From assembly GCA_020341735.1 (NCBI GenBank), contig CP070833.1, positions 2,387,527-2,451,526 on the forward strand: 64,000 bases of DNA, in the 5' to 3' direction. Positions 10,344 through 19,106 of the stretch are shown piece by piece. The notes beneath the pieces are model-generated. The model saw only the letters and a list, made by a program, of their open reading frames with translations, had not been told where the DNA came from and ran no database searches. Origin of the DNA: Gammaproteobacteria bacterium. Its GTDB lineage: Bacteria; Pseudomonadota; Gammaproteobacteria; Steroidobacterales; XN24. The position numbers and the translations under genes were made by a program. The first letter of the stretch is position 1. Every line of letters starts with the position of its first letter.

Positions 10344-10602
10344 CCGCAAACGGAAAACGTGGCGGCGTGGCTGATTCGGGGCGCGCGTGAGTCAGCACTT
10401 ACCTGAACCTGCACCGCCCGAATGCCCCCCGAGTACCGACAGTCACCGTTAGTGGTGGCTCTGATAGAAGAATCCCCCGCTTCGCACTGCAACATTTATC
10501 CTGCAACAGCGACCATCCAGTCAGTCTGATAAACCGACTGTAAGCAAAAAAATACATTAAAAATCAATAAGATCTTGTCTTTTATACGTAGTTTTCGCGT
10601 AA

Positions 10603-10644
10603 TTGACACAGATCAATGCGGTGCACAAGTCACTCCCCTAATAT
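10603..10644 (+). promoter_or_regulatory. Predicted class II FNR/ANR-dependent promoter: FNR box TTGACacagATCAA (10603-10616) plus -10 TAATAT (10639-10644)
   Basis: The box matches TTGAT-N4-ATCAA at 9 of 10 positions. Its centre is about 41.5 nt upstream of a TSS expected 6-7 nt after the TAATAT hexamer. It lies in the only strongly AT-rich stretch of the window (about 10510-10690), upstream of the cytochrome cluster. Confidence 0.6.
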
Positions 10645-10838
10645 TATCATCGTTTGCTAATTTAGATATTCTGAATTGAATGTCCTGATGCCTGCAACAG
10701 GCGTCACAAGGGGAGAAGAAGAGATGTTTTTGCGCCGGCAGCCACGGGCCCGGACCGCATCGCGGTCAGGGCCCGTTTGCGTTGCGACGCCGTTCGACAA
10801 AGTTCCCGATTACCAGAAACGAGCAAGGAGCTAGGGAA

Positions 10839-11198
10839 ATGAAAACGCCACTTGGAATCATGACCGCAGCACTGGTCGGATTCATCGCTCTGGGTCTGAC
10901 CGGCATCCCGATATCGCCGGCACAGGGCGCAGACGGCAAGGAGCTGTATCGCGAGTACTGCAAGACCTGTCACGAAGCCGATTCACCTCACGGTGAATAC
11001 ACGCCGATGTCGCTGATCCAGGATCAGTGGACACGTTTCTTCGACAAAAAGTATGTCCGCAAACACAAGGACGTCATCGACGAGAAACATGGCGGCAAAC
11101 CAGTGACCGAGACGATCTCCCCGGACGATCTCGAGCTGATCAAAGAGTTCTCGATCAAAGGGGCCGCCGACTCGGAACACCCGATGACCTGCGGCTGA
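10839..11198 (+). CDS. Periplasmic monohaem c-type cytochrome
   Basis: SD AAGGAG upstream of ATG 10839. Signal peptide MKTPLGIMTAALVGFIALGLTGIPISPAQG. Single CKTCH haem motif. 119 aa. Confidence 0.85.
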   Translation: MKTPLGIMTAALVGFIALGLTGIPISPAQGADGKELYREYCKTCHEADSPHGEYTPMSLIQDQWTRFFDKKYVRKHKDVIDEKHGGKPVTETISPDDLELIKEFSIKGAADSEHPMTCG

Positions 11199-11214
11199 CA
11201 GGGAGGACAAGATA

Positions 11215-13041
11215 ATGTTACGCAAATTCCTTATAACAACTGCGGCGGCGGCGGTGCTTCCACTGTCCGCCCCGACGACCGCGTGGGCCGACAGCCAGAC
11301 GCTGACGGCCGATGAACTGATGCAGCAGGTGGAATGGCTGCAGGTGCAGATGAGCACCCTTCTCCAGCAGATAGAAGAGATCAAGACGCAGTCAGGAGAG
11401 GCCTCCAGCGCGGCAAATACTGCCGCGAAGAAGGCTGATGATCTCGAGGAGAGGACGGCTTATCTGGAAGATGACGTCGAAGATCTGGACGACCGACTGA
11501 TGGGTCCGGAGCGCCATACGGCTTTGGACAGCATCCGCTTCAGCGGAGACTTCCGCACCCAGGCGCACAGCATCTCTGTGGACATGGCTGATCGCATCGA
11601 CGGAATCAACGTGCAGAAAGACCTTGTGAATACGCTGTTCTACTTCGGTGCCACGAACCAACCACCCATGACGCCAGACCTGAGCGACGTGGATCAATTC
11701 ATCGCACAGAACTACGACGGCTATCTGTACTACCTGGATAACGTCGTCACGTTCGACTTCATCAAACAACAGGTCGAAGGCCTGATGCAGCAGGATCCGG
11801 CGCTGGCCGAACAACTGCTCGGACTGCTGGCTTCTCAGGAAGACAGCTTCATACCGGGATACAACCACGACAACGACATCGTCTATACCACGAGACTGCG
11901 CATGAACATGGCCGCAGACGTGGCCGAAGACGTCGTGTTCGAAGGCCGTCTCGGCATGTACAAGACCTGGGGCGACTCCAGCAACGTGCAGGTATTCAAC
12001 GGCCAGCCGACTTCCATCGGCTGGGACGGCACGACGGTTGGCGTACCGCCCAGCTCGGACATCATCCGGCTGGAGCGGGGTTACTTCACCTGGCGAGACA
12101 TCGCCGACCTGCCGATGTACCTCTCCGTCGGCCGCCGGCCCTCGACCGGTGGCGCACCGCTCAACTTCCGCGAAGACGAGCCCCGTGGCGGCACCCCGAT
12201 CGGCGCGCTGTTCAACTACCAGTTCGACGGCATCACCTGGGGCTACCACTTCAGCGAGAAGTCGACCTTCCGCATCTGCTACGGCCTCGGTTACGAGTCC
12301 GAGTGGGGTAACGGCAGCGAGTACAAGCCGCCGTCCGACCGTCTGGACGACACCTGGTTCGTGGGCGCCGTCTGGGACGTCTGGAATGACGAAGACATGC
12401 TGGTACAGCTCAATGTCGCCACCGCCCAGGATATTGGCGATGGCTTCAACGGCCTGACCGTGCTGCCCTTTGACCCGGTCACGGGGCAGGACGCGCCACC
12501 GGCGGTGATCCGTTACACGCCGACCGACAATATCGGCAACATGAACCTGGCAGGGCTGGTGATGGTACGCCACGACGGACCGTTCGACTGGTTCGCCAGC
12601 GTCAACTACTCCGAATCGGATCCCAACGATGTCACCACTCCGTTCGGTGGCATGTTCGCCGACCCGTTCGAGACGCCGGATGACGAAGACGGTCACATGT
12701 ACTACCTGGGCGCGCGCTACAACTTCCCGAACGAGAAGACCAAGCTCGGCCTCGAGTTCAACCACGGGTCGGAATACTGGTTCAACTTCGCGCTGGCGGA
12801 AGACGACTTCCTCGGCCCGAAGACCAGCGTCCGTGGCGACGTCTGGGAGGTCTACCTGACCCATCGGATCCGCGACAAGTTCATATTCAAGATCGACTAC
12901 ATCGATTACTCGTATGATTACTCCGGCTCCGGCTGGATCCTGGGTGCACCCAAGGATCTGGGGGACAACGGCAACATCCTGGCAACGCCGACCTACGACG
13001 ACGCCAGCAAGTTCATGGCCAGCTTCACCGCTCGCTTCTGA
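11215..13041 (+). CDS. Putative outer-membrane beta-barrel protein with N-terminal coiled coil (resembles my recollection of the DUF3373 family)
   Basis: Signal peptide ...APTTAWA/DS. Heptad-like acidic coiled coil (LMQQVEWLQVQMSTLLQQIEEIKTQ...DDLEERTAYLEDDVEDLDDRL). Long Gly/Tyr/Asp-rich region with alternating hydrophobicity. C-terminal ...SFTARF ends in Phe, as in outer-membrane barrels. 16 nt after the cytochrome c stop. Confidence 0.72.
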   Translation: MLRKFLITTAAAAVLPLSAPTTAWADSQTLTADELMQQVEWLQVQMSTLLQQIEEIKTQSGEASSAANTAAKKADDLEERTAYLEDDVEDLDDRLMGPERHTALDSIRFSGDFRTQAHSISVDMADRIDGINVQKDLVNTLFYFGATNQPPMTPDLSDVDQFIAQNYDGYLYYLDNVVTFDFIKQQVEGLMQQDPALAEQLLGLLASQEDSFIPGYNHDNDIVYTTRLRMNMAADVAEDVVFEGRLGMYKTWGDSSNVQVFNGQPTSIGWDGTTVGVPPSSDIIRLERGYFTWRDIADLPMYLSVGRRPSTGGAPLNFREDEPRGGTPIGALFNYQFDGITWGYHFSEKSTFRICYGLGYESEWGNGSEYKPPSDRLDDTWFVGAVWDVWNDEDMLVQLNVATAQDIGDGFNGLTVLPFDPVTGQDAPPAVIRYTPTDNIGNMNLAGLVMVRHDGPFDWFASVNYSESDPNDVTTPFGGMFADPFETPDDEDGHMYYLGARYNFPNEKTKLGLEFNHGSEYWFNFALAEDDFLGPKTSVRGDVWEVYLTHRIRDKFIFKIDYIDYSYDYSGSGWILGAPKDLGDNGNILATPTYDDASKFMASFTARF

Positions 13042-13057
13042 TCAGGAGGAAGGCGCC

Positions 13058-14467
13058 ATGCGGATCAAGACGCTGGCGACTCTCGTGATCCTCGGAATCG
13101 CCGCCTCCTCAACGGGGGCGGCAGCCGAGTACTCTCACGAGAAGCACGTCAAGGAATACAAAGGCACGCGTACCTGTATCAAGTGCCACAGGGACGAAGC
13201 CGAGAACTTCTTCCACTCGCAGCACTATCAGTGGCAGGGCGCGACACCCGACCTGGTGAACACGGATGGTGAGCGCTTCGGCAAATTGTCGATGGTGAAC
13301 GACTTCTGCACCAACCCGTCCGGTCCGCAGTGGATTGGAGAGGTTAAGAACGCAGAAGGCAAGGTTCTCGCCAAGGGTTGCTCCAAGTGTCACGCCGGTC
13401 TCGGCAAGGTGCCGGGCGATGAGGTGACCAAGCAGGAACTTGAGAATATCGACTGCCTCATATGCCACACCTCCGGCTATCGGCGCGACCTGTATGCCAC
13501 CGAAGACGGTGGCTGGGAGTGGAAACCGATCCTGTGGAAGAACCAGGAAGGGATGAACTCGGTGGCGCGGAGGATCTCGCAGCCGACACGGACGATGTGT
13601 CTGCGTTGCCACGCGGCCTCGGGCGGTGGCCCGAACTTCAAGCGGGGCGATATCGAGTACGCCCTCAAGGATCCACCGCGGGATTTCGACGTGCACATGT
13701 CGGCCGACGGCCACGACATGGACTGCGTCGCCTGTCATGGCGGAGACAAGCACCGGGTACGCGGAAGGGGATCGGACCTGGCCGCGACAGACTCGCCGGA
13801 GAACCCGCTAAGCTGCTCGGGTGAATGTCACAGCGAGACGCCGCATGAAGTGGCCGCGATCGACTCGCATACGGACCGCGTGTACTGCACGACCTGTCAT
13901 ATCCCGACCTTCGCCAAGGACGAACCGACGGACATGCGACGCGACTGGTCGGATATCCATTTCTCCGAGGAGAAGGGCAAGTACACCTATGCTGTCGAAC
14001 TGCAGCAGAATGTGGTTCCGGAGTACGCCTGGTTCAACGGCGCGAGTTTCTCGCAAGTGCCAGGCAAGGCGGTAACGCATGACGATGAAGGCAATGTGAT
14101 CATCTCGCTACCGGACGGATCGCGTGCCGATCCGGACGCTCGCATCCACGCGTTCAAGGTCCATGCGGGTCGACTGCCGATATTAGACGACAGGAAGTGG
14201 CTGGTCCCGATCGCCACCGAGGAGTTCTATGCCCACGGTGACATCGACAGGGCGGTCAGGGAAGCAGCACACCTGTTCTACGGACTCGACGACATCCAGT
14301 ACAGCTGGAGCGACACTATCCGCTACATGGGCATCTTCCACGAGGTCACGCCGAAGGAGGATGCGCTCGGGTGTCTCGACTGCCACCGTCCTGGAGGCAG
14401 GATGGACTGGCAGGCATTGGGATATGACGGCGATCCGCTCGAGGAGCGTCTGCAAGCATCCCGATGA
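13058..14467 (+). CDS. Secreted multihaem c-type cytochrome (7 CxxCH + 1 CxxxCH; octahaem class)
   Basis: SD AGGAGGA then ATG 13058. Signal peptide MRIKTLATLVILGIAASSTGAAA. Haem motifs: CIKCH, CSKCH, CLICH, CLRCH, CVACH, CSGECH, CTTCH, CLDCH. 469 aa. Confidence 0.9.
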   Translation: MRIKTLATLVILGIAASSTGAAAEYSHEKHVKEYKGTRTCIKCHRDEAENFFHSQHYQWQGATPDLVNTDGERFGKLSMVNDFCTNPSGPQWIGEVKNAEGKVLAKGCSKCHAGLGKVPGDEVTKQELENIDCLICHTSGYRRDLYATEDGGWEWKPILWKNQEGMNSVARRISQPTRTMCLRCHAASGGGPNFKRGDIEYALKDPPRDFDVHMSADGHDMDCVACHGGDKHRVRGRGSDLAATDSPENPLSCSGECHSETPHEVAAIDSHTDRVYCTTCHIPTFAKDEPTDMRRDWSDIHFSEEKGKYTYAVELQQNVVPEYAWFNGASFSQVPGKAVTHDDEGNVIISLPDGSRADPDARIHAFKVHAGRLPILDDRKWLVPIATEEFYAHGDIDRAVREAAHLFYGLDDIQYSWSDTIRYMGIFHEVTPKEDALGCLDCHRPGGRMDWQALGYDGDPLEERLQASR

Positions 14468-14488
14468 TGCCTCCTTGCTCGGGGCGGA

Positions 14489-14524
14489 GCCGGCGGGTCA
14501 TCGAGACCCGCCGGCTATTATTTG
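14489..14524 (+). terminator. Rho-independent terminator after the cytochrome cluster
   Basis: Perfect 11-bp stem GCCGGCGGGTC / GACCCGCCGGC with loop ATCGA (14489-14515), followed by TATTATTTG. Confidence 0.75.
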
Positions 14525-14597
14525 CCCGAAAGTCAGTTGGCAATTCTCCAGACGCCTCGCAAATAGATGATCCCAGATCCGATTGCCCGGAAATGGT

Positions 14598-14638
14598 TTG
14601 ACTTCCGCGTGGTTTTAACGATAATAGGAATCATTCGC
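14598..14638 (+). promoter_or_regulatory. Sigma70-like promoter (TTGACT-N16-GATAAT) overlapped by a Fur-box-like sequence GATAATAGGAATCATTCGC (14620-14638)
   Basis: 14 of 19 matches to the GATAATGATAATCATTATC consensus, with a perfect first hexamer. It covers the -10 region, 20 nt upstream of ATG 14658. Confidence 0.5.
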
Positions 14639-14657
14639 ATCTAATGAGCCGACACTT

Positions 14658-14975
14658 ATGTTCGAATCGCTGTCAGTCTTGGCCCGCCAGGCGGAGCGCC
14701 TGGGATCACGTCAGGCGGCTCGCTTTGAAAAGTTTCAAACCAGCAGGGGCAGCTATTTTGTGACTTGGGATCCGGAACCGGTCAACGCGCTAATCACCGC
14801 GGAGGGCCTGTCCGCAGGGGATCTGGAGTTCGACACTCCGTGGGAACGCCATCGCCTGATCCGGGAACTGTTCCTGCTTGGCTGCCGCGACGAGATCGGA
14901 TCAGACGCAGAATCGCATATCACCGAATTCGCTCGGCAATTGCTGGCGGACGGGGATCAGCCTCCTGCAGGCTGA
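14658..14975 (+). CDS. Small hypothetical cytoplasmic protein (105 aa), possibly iron/Fur regulated
   Basis: ORF with its own promoter-like and Fur-box-like elements. No family recognised. Confidence 0.5.
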   Translation: MFESLSVLARQAERLGSRQAARFEKFQTSRGSYFVTWDPEPVNALITAEGLSAGDLEFDTPWERHRLIRELFLLGCRDEIGSDAESHITEFARQLLADGDQPPAG

Positions 14976-15007
14976 GTCTGCCAGCTGCCGGCGCGAGAAG
15001 TCTCCGT

Positions 15008-15817
15008 TTACTGCGTCGCGGTCTCGCGGGTAAGCCCACCGAAATCGAACAAACCCGGGTCCATAAGATGTGAGGGCACCACATTCTTTAAGCCCGCAAG
15101 GATGGATTCCACCCGGTTGGGGTTCTCGATCTCCCAGCGACGCAGCATTTTCTTCACCTGTTTGCGCTGCAGATTCTCCTGTGAACCACACAGGTTGCAC
15201 GGGATGATGGGAAATTCACGGGCATGCGCGTAGCGTGCGAGGTCTCGCTCGCGACAATAGGCAAGCGGTCGGATGACGATGTGCCGGCCGTCGTCGGACC
15301 GGAGCTTCGGCGGCATGGCCTTGAGCTTGCCGCCAAAGAACATGTTCAGAAACAGCGTTTCCATAATATCGTCGGCGTGATGACCGAGCGCAATCTTGGT
15401 GAACCCTTCCTGCGCCGCGAACGTGTAGAGCGCGCCGCGCCGCAGGCGGGAGCACAATCCGCACATTGTTTTGCCCTCCGGGATGACCCGGGAGACGACG
15501 CTGTAAGTGTCCTGTTCCAGAATGTGGAAGGGTACGTCCAGAGACTGCAGATAATCAGGCAGCACGTGCGCGGGGAACCCGGGCTGTTTCTGGTCCAGGT
15601 TGACCGCGACCAGATCGAAATGCACCGGAGCGCTGCGCTGCAGACTCATCAGCAGGTCCAGTAGCGTATAGCTGTCCTTGCCGCCGGACAGGCAGACCAT
15701 GACCTTGTCGCCCTCCTCGATCATGCGGAAGTCCTCGATCGCCTTCCCCGTCAATCCGCGGAGGCGCGCCTGCAGTCGGCGTGCATTGTTTGAGATCCTC
15801 ACGGCTGCGGTGCTCAT
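15008..15817 (-). CDS. ttcA: tRNA 2-thiocytidine(32) synthetase TtcA
   Basis: Collinear with E. coli TtcA as I recall it: [43 protein letters not shown]...[13 protein letters not shown]...ALGHHADD...[11 protein letters not shown] at 15817 preferred over the TTG at 15829. Confidence 0.93.
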   Translation of the reverse strand: MSTAAVRISNNARRLQARLRGLTGKAIEDFRMIEEGDKVMVCLSGGKDSYTLLDLLMSLQRSAPVHFDLVAVNLDQKQPGFPAHVLPDYLQSLDVPFHILEQDTYSVVSRVIPEGKTMCGLCSRLRRGALYTFAAQEGFTKIALGHHADDIMETLFLNMFFGGKLKAMPPKLRSDDGRHIVIRPLAYCRERDLARYAHAREFPIIPCNLCGSQENLQRKQVKKMLRRWEIENPNRVESILAGLKNVVPSHLMDPGLFDFGGLTRETATQ

Positions 15818-16054
15818 ATGCCAAGCCAAGTGTTGCAGAAAGACGGGAATTCTAACCGGCCGAGCCGCCGGTCAGGCAAACCGTGCCGACCCTCCCGGAG
15901 CGATAGCCGACAGAAACATTCGGTAATTTCGACCTATTTACCTCCGTAACGCCTTTGATCTTGGGGTCTGGGAAGAAGACATCCACGGCGCTGAACACAC
16001 GCTGAAGTCTGCAGCCCTCACCTATACTCGCGGACATAGCAGAGGAATCTGTTG

Positions 16055-17422
16055 ATGAAGCGATTCATGGGCGCGCTCGCGACCTACCCGGCTCGGGCGC
16101 TGGCGGGTTGGTACGGCATCCTTGTCGTCTCGGGCACACTTTTGCTCCTGTTACCGGCATGCCGGGCCGCAGACACCTCCCCGATGTCCTTCTCAGACGC
16201 GCTGTTTACAGCGACGAGTGCGGCCTGCGTGACCGGATTGGTGGTCAGGGACGTGGCGGAGTTCTCGGCGCTCGGCCAGGGCGTCATCCTCGCCCTCATC
16301 CAGCTCGGCGGTATCGGCATCATGACCGTCGCAACCCTGGTCGTGGTTCAGCTGACCGGCCGCCAGACCCTGCGGCAGCTGGTCCTGGCGCGGGAGAGCC
16401 TCGGCGTGGGGCTGCACGAGGACCTGGGTCGCGTGCTGGTTCGGGTGATCTCGGTAACCGTCGTTTTCGAACTGATTGGGGCGGTTGTGCTGGCGGCGTA
16501 TCGCGTCTCCGACCTGAGCTTGCCGCAAGCCGCCTGGTGGGGCCTGTTTCACTCCGTTTCCGCATTCTGCAACGCCGGCTTCGCGCTGTCGCCAGACAAC
16601 CTGGCACCCTGGGTGGATAGCGCATTGGTCAATCTGACCGTCATCGGACTGGTCGTGCTCGGGGGTCTGGGGTTCCCTGTCCTGGTCGACCTGTTTTCGC
16701 GCCGCCGGAGTCGGCCGCTGCGCTGGCGAGAATTGCATTTCCATAGCCAGCTCGTCATCACGGCCTCCGCGGCACTGCTGCTGATCGGCACGCTGGCTAT
16801 CCTTGCGCTGGAATATTCCAATGCGTTCGCGGGTCAAGGACTGGCACAGTCCACGATGACCGCGTTTTTTCACAGCGCTTCGGCGCGCACCGCCGGATTC
16901 TCGACGCTGGATATTGCCGGGTTCAGTAACGCGACCCTTTTCGTACTGATTCTGCTGATGTGGGTCGGCGGAGGTCCCGGCTCGGCCGCCGGCGGAATAA
17001 AGGTAACGACGATTGCCGTCCTGGTCCTCTATGGCTACGGGAGAATGCGCGGCCGCCAAGAGATCGGCCTGTTCCACCACCGGATCAGCACCCACTCTGT
17101 AGCGACGGCCGCAGTCGTCGTCATCGCCGGCATCACGCTGATCGTCACCAGTCTCGTGTTCATGCTGATGGCAGAGCAATCAGGAATTCCACACAATGGG
17201 GGCGCCGATTTTCTGGATATCACGTTCGAGACCTTCTCGGCATTTTCGACTGTAGGACTGTCCATGGGCATCACCCCGGAGCTGGGCGAGCTCGGCCGAT
17301 TTATCACAGTGCTTACCATGTACGTCGGCCGCATCGGACCTCTGATAGTGTTTACTCTTCTGTCACGACGGCCCCATGGCCCCGCCATCAGACATCCGGA
17401 AGCGGAGATTCAAATTGGCTGA
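16055..17422 (+). CDS. trkH: TrkH/KtrB-family potassium uptake membrane subunit
   Basis: 455 aa polytopic protein with repeated pore-loop-like motifs (TATSAACVTGL, SAFCNAGF, SARTAGFS, STVGLSMG). Confidence 0.88.
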   Translation: MKRFMGALATYPARALAGWYGILVVSGTLLLLLPACRAADTSPMSFSDALFTATSAACVTGLVVRDVAEFSALGQGVILALIQLGGIGIMTVATLVVVQLTGRQTLRQLVLARESLGVGLHEDLGRVLVRVISVTVVFELIGAVVLAAYRVSDLSLPQAAWWGLFHSVSAFCNAGFALSPDNLAPWVDSALVNLTVIGLVVLGGLGFPVLVDLFSRRRSRPLRWRELHFHSQLVITASAALLLIGTLAILALEYSNAFAGQGLAQSTMTAFFHSASARTAGFSTLDIAGFSNATLFVLILLMWVGGGPGSAAGGIKVTTIAVLVLYGYGRMRGRQEIGLFHHRISTHSVATAAVVVIAGITLIVTSLVFMLMAEQSGIPHNGGADFLDITFETFSAFSTVGLSMGITPELGELGRFITVLTMYVGRIGPLIVFTLLSRRPHGPAIRHPEAEIQIG

Positions 17423-17879
17423 CAAATCACGATTCATAGTTCTCGGACTGGGCAGGTTCGGAGCCACGCTCGCCCGGCGGCTGGCCGCCGATGGTCACCG
17501 GGTTACCGGTATAGACATCTCCGAGGCCGCGGTGCGACCCCTGGAAGAGGAGTTGGACGAGGCACTGGTGGGTGATGCGACCGACAAGGAAATCCTCGAA
17601 GCAACAGATCTCGGGAACGCGGATGCGGTGGTTATTTCCATGGGTGACGAACCTTTGCGCAACATCATCGCTGCCATGCACGTAGTCGAACTCGGGGCGA
17701 CCCGCATCCTGGCCCGGGGGACCGACGCGGTACACGCGCGGATCCTGAGAAAGCTCGGGGATATCGACGTCATCCTTCCGGAGCAGGATATGGGCGCCTA
17801 TGTGGCCGAGGCTCTTAACAGCCCCCTGTCCCTCGGCCAGCAGAGGGCACGGTCCGTGAATGAATCAGGCGAGGAATGA
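17415..17879 (+). CDS. TrkA-N/KtrA-like RCK (NAD-binding) regulatory subunit, short form
   Basis: TTG at 17415 overlaps the trkH stop (ATTGGCTGA) and gives MADKSRFIVLGLGRFGATLARRL (GxGxxG Rossmann). Only about 154 aa, so the C-terminal RCK_C lobe seems absent. The start is uncertain; the track ORF starts at 17376. Confidence 0.75.
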   Translation: MADKSRFIVLGLGRFGATLARRLAADGHRVTGIDISEAAVRPLEEELDEALVGDATDKEILEATDLGNADAVVISMGDEPLRNIIAAMHVVELGATRILARGTDAVHARILRKLGDIDVILPEQDMGAYVAEALNSPLSLGQQRARSVNESGEE

Positions 17880-17967
17880 CAACCCGCCGCTTTCGGCTAT
17901 CATAAGCGGTTCGCGCCGCAACACAGCGAAATCCTTATTCTTCGGAATCGACAGGGACAATCGACTC

Positions 17968-18459
17968 ATGATCATCAGACGCACATCCGCATTTCTTATC
18001 GGACTATGCCTTGCCGCCGGGGCCGTCCTGGCGCAAGAAGTCATCGTCTACCCCGCCAAGGGCCAGAGCGCTGATCAGACGGAGAAAGACAAATTCGAGT
18101 GTTACCAGTGGGCCAAGGGCCAGACCGGATTTGACCCGATGGCGCCGCCGACAGCATCGACGCCACCGCCAACCTCGGAGGCGCCAACCGCAAGCGCGGG
18201 CAAGGGCGCACTCGGTGGAGCCGCAGCCGGCGCGGCGGTCGGTGGGCTCTCCAGTGGTGACTGGGGCAAGGGCGCGGTGATCGGCGCCGTGGCCGGCGGG
18301 CTATTCGGCAACCATCGCAAGCACAAACAGCAAGACGCGAACCGGTCCCGTCAGGACGAGTGGTCACAGCAACAAGCGCAGCAGTATCAGCAGCAGCGTT
18401 ACAACTACAACCGAGCCTACGCCGCCTGCCTTGAAGGCCGCGGCTATACAGTCAACTAG
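17968..18459 (+). CDS. Secreted glycine-zipper protein
   Basis: Signal peptide MIIRRTSAFLIGLCLAAGAVLAQ. Gly/Ala zipper GKGALGGAAAGAAVGGLSSGDWGKGAVIGAVAGGLFG, then a Gln-rich tail. Confidence 0.6.
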   Translation: MIIRRTSAFLIGLCLAAGAVLAQEVIVYPAKGQSADQTEKDKFECYQWAKGQTGFDPMAPPTASTPPPTSEAPTASAGKGALGGAAAGAAVGGLSSGDWGKGAVIGAVAGGLFGNHRKHKQQDANRSRQDEWSQQQAQQYQQQRYNYNRAYAACLEGRGYTVN

Positions 18460-18469
18460 GAGAGTCGCG

Positions 18470-18907
18470 ATGGGTTATCTGAAAGCATTTACAATCGCCA
18501 TTGCCGCCTCTGTGCTGAGCTTCTCTGCCGCCATCGGCGCGAACGAGACCAAGCTCAAGGACGTGATCATCTGCGCCGTCACGGAGATGCATGCCTGCGA
18601 GCTGTACCAGGGGTGTCGCGAGCTGAAACCCAATGAGACGAATGCCCCGGACTTCATGAAGATCGATCTGAAAGATATGGAACTCACCGGGCGTCGCTAT
18701 GACGGCACTTACGCCACGCTGAAGATCGGCAGCAAGACGAGGCTTCCCAAGCTACTGCTTCTGCAGGGCATCAATGGAGAGCCGGAAGAACTGCAGGACG
18801 GGCTAGCCTACAACATGGCCATCCAGGTAGATACTGGCCGCATGGCGGCATCAGTCGCCTCCACCGAGACCGTCTATTCGCTGCTCGGCACCTGTCACGC
18901 GCTATAG
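18470..18907 (+). CDS. Secreted hypothetical protein
   Basis: SD AGGAGAG then ATG 18470. Signal peptide MGYLKAFTIAIAASVLSFSAAIGA. No family recognised. Confidence 0.55.
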   Translation: MGYLKAFTIAIAASVLSFSAAIGANETKLKDVIICAVTEMHACELYQGCRELKPNETNAPDFMKIDLKDMELTGRRYDGTYATLKIGSKTRLPKLLLLQGINGEPEELQDGLAYNMAIQVDTGRMAASVASTETVYSLLGTCHAL

Positions 18908-18935
18908 CCGCCCGACATCGATAGGTATCTTGTTA

Positions 18936-18960
18936 AAGGGGGGCACAGCCCCTCTTTTTC
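18936..18960. terminator. Hairpin plus T-run between convergent genes (possible bidirectional terminator)
   Basis: AAAGGGGGGCACAGCCCCTCTTTTTC: GGGGC/GCCCC stem, ACA loop, flanked by an A-run and a T-run. Confidence 0.6.
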
Positions 18961-19106
18961 TTGGCCAGTGCGCCTGCCGCGTGATGCACCAACTGATGAC
19001 CTCGGCCGATTCAAAGAACTTCTTCGGCGACTCGCCGACGCGCGACCGAGGGAGATGCCGGAGATGTTCTCGAGACGAGCGGTGTCCCGATATCGATCAG
19101 ATGAAT

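Noticed and set aside
10500-10700. 10-bp direct repeat CCTGCAACAG (10500-10509 and 10691-10700) flanking the AT-rich segment, which could suggest target-site duplication of a MITE-like insertion.
   Set aside because: I found no terminal inverted repeats inside the repeats. By rough estimate, several 10-mer repeats within 200 bp are expected by chance in 64 kb. The segment is better explained as a promoter region.
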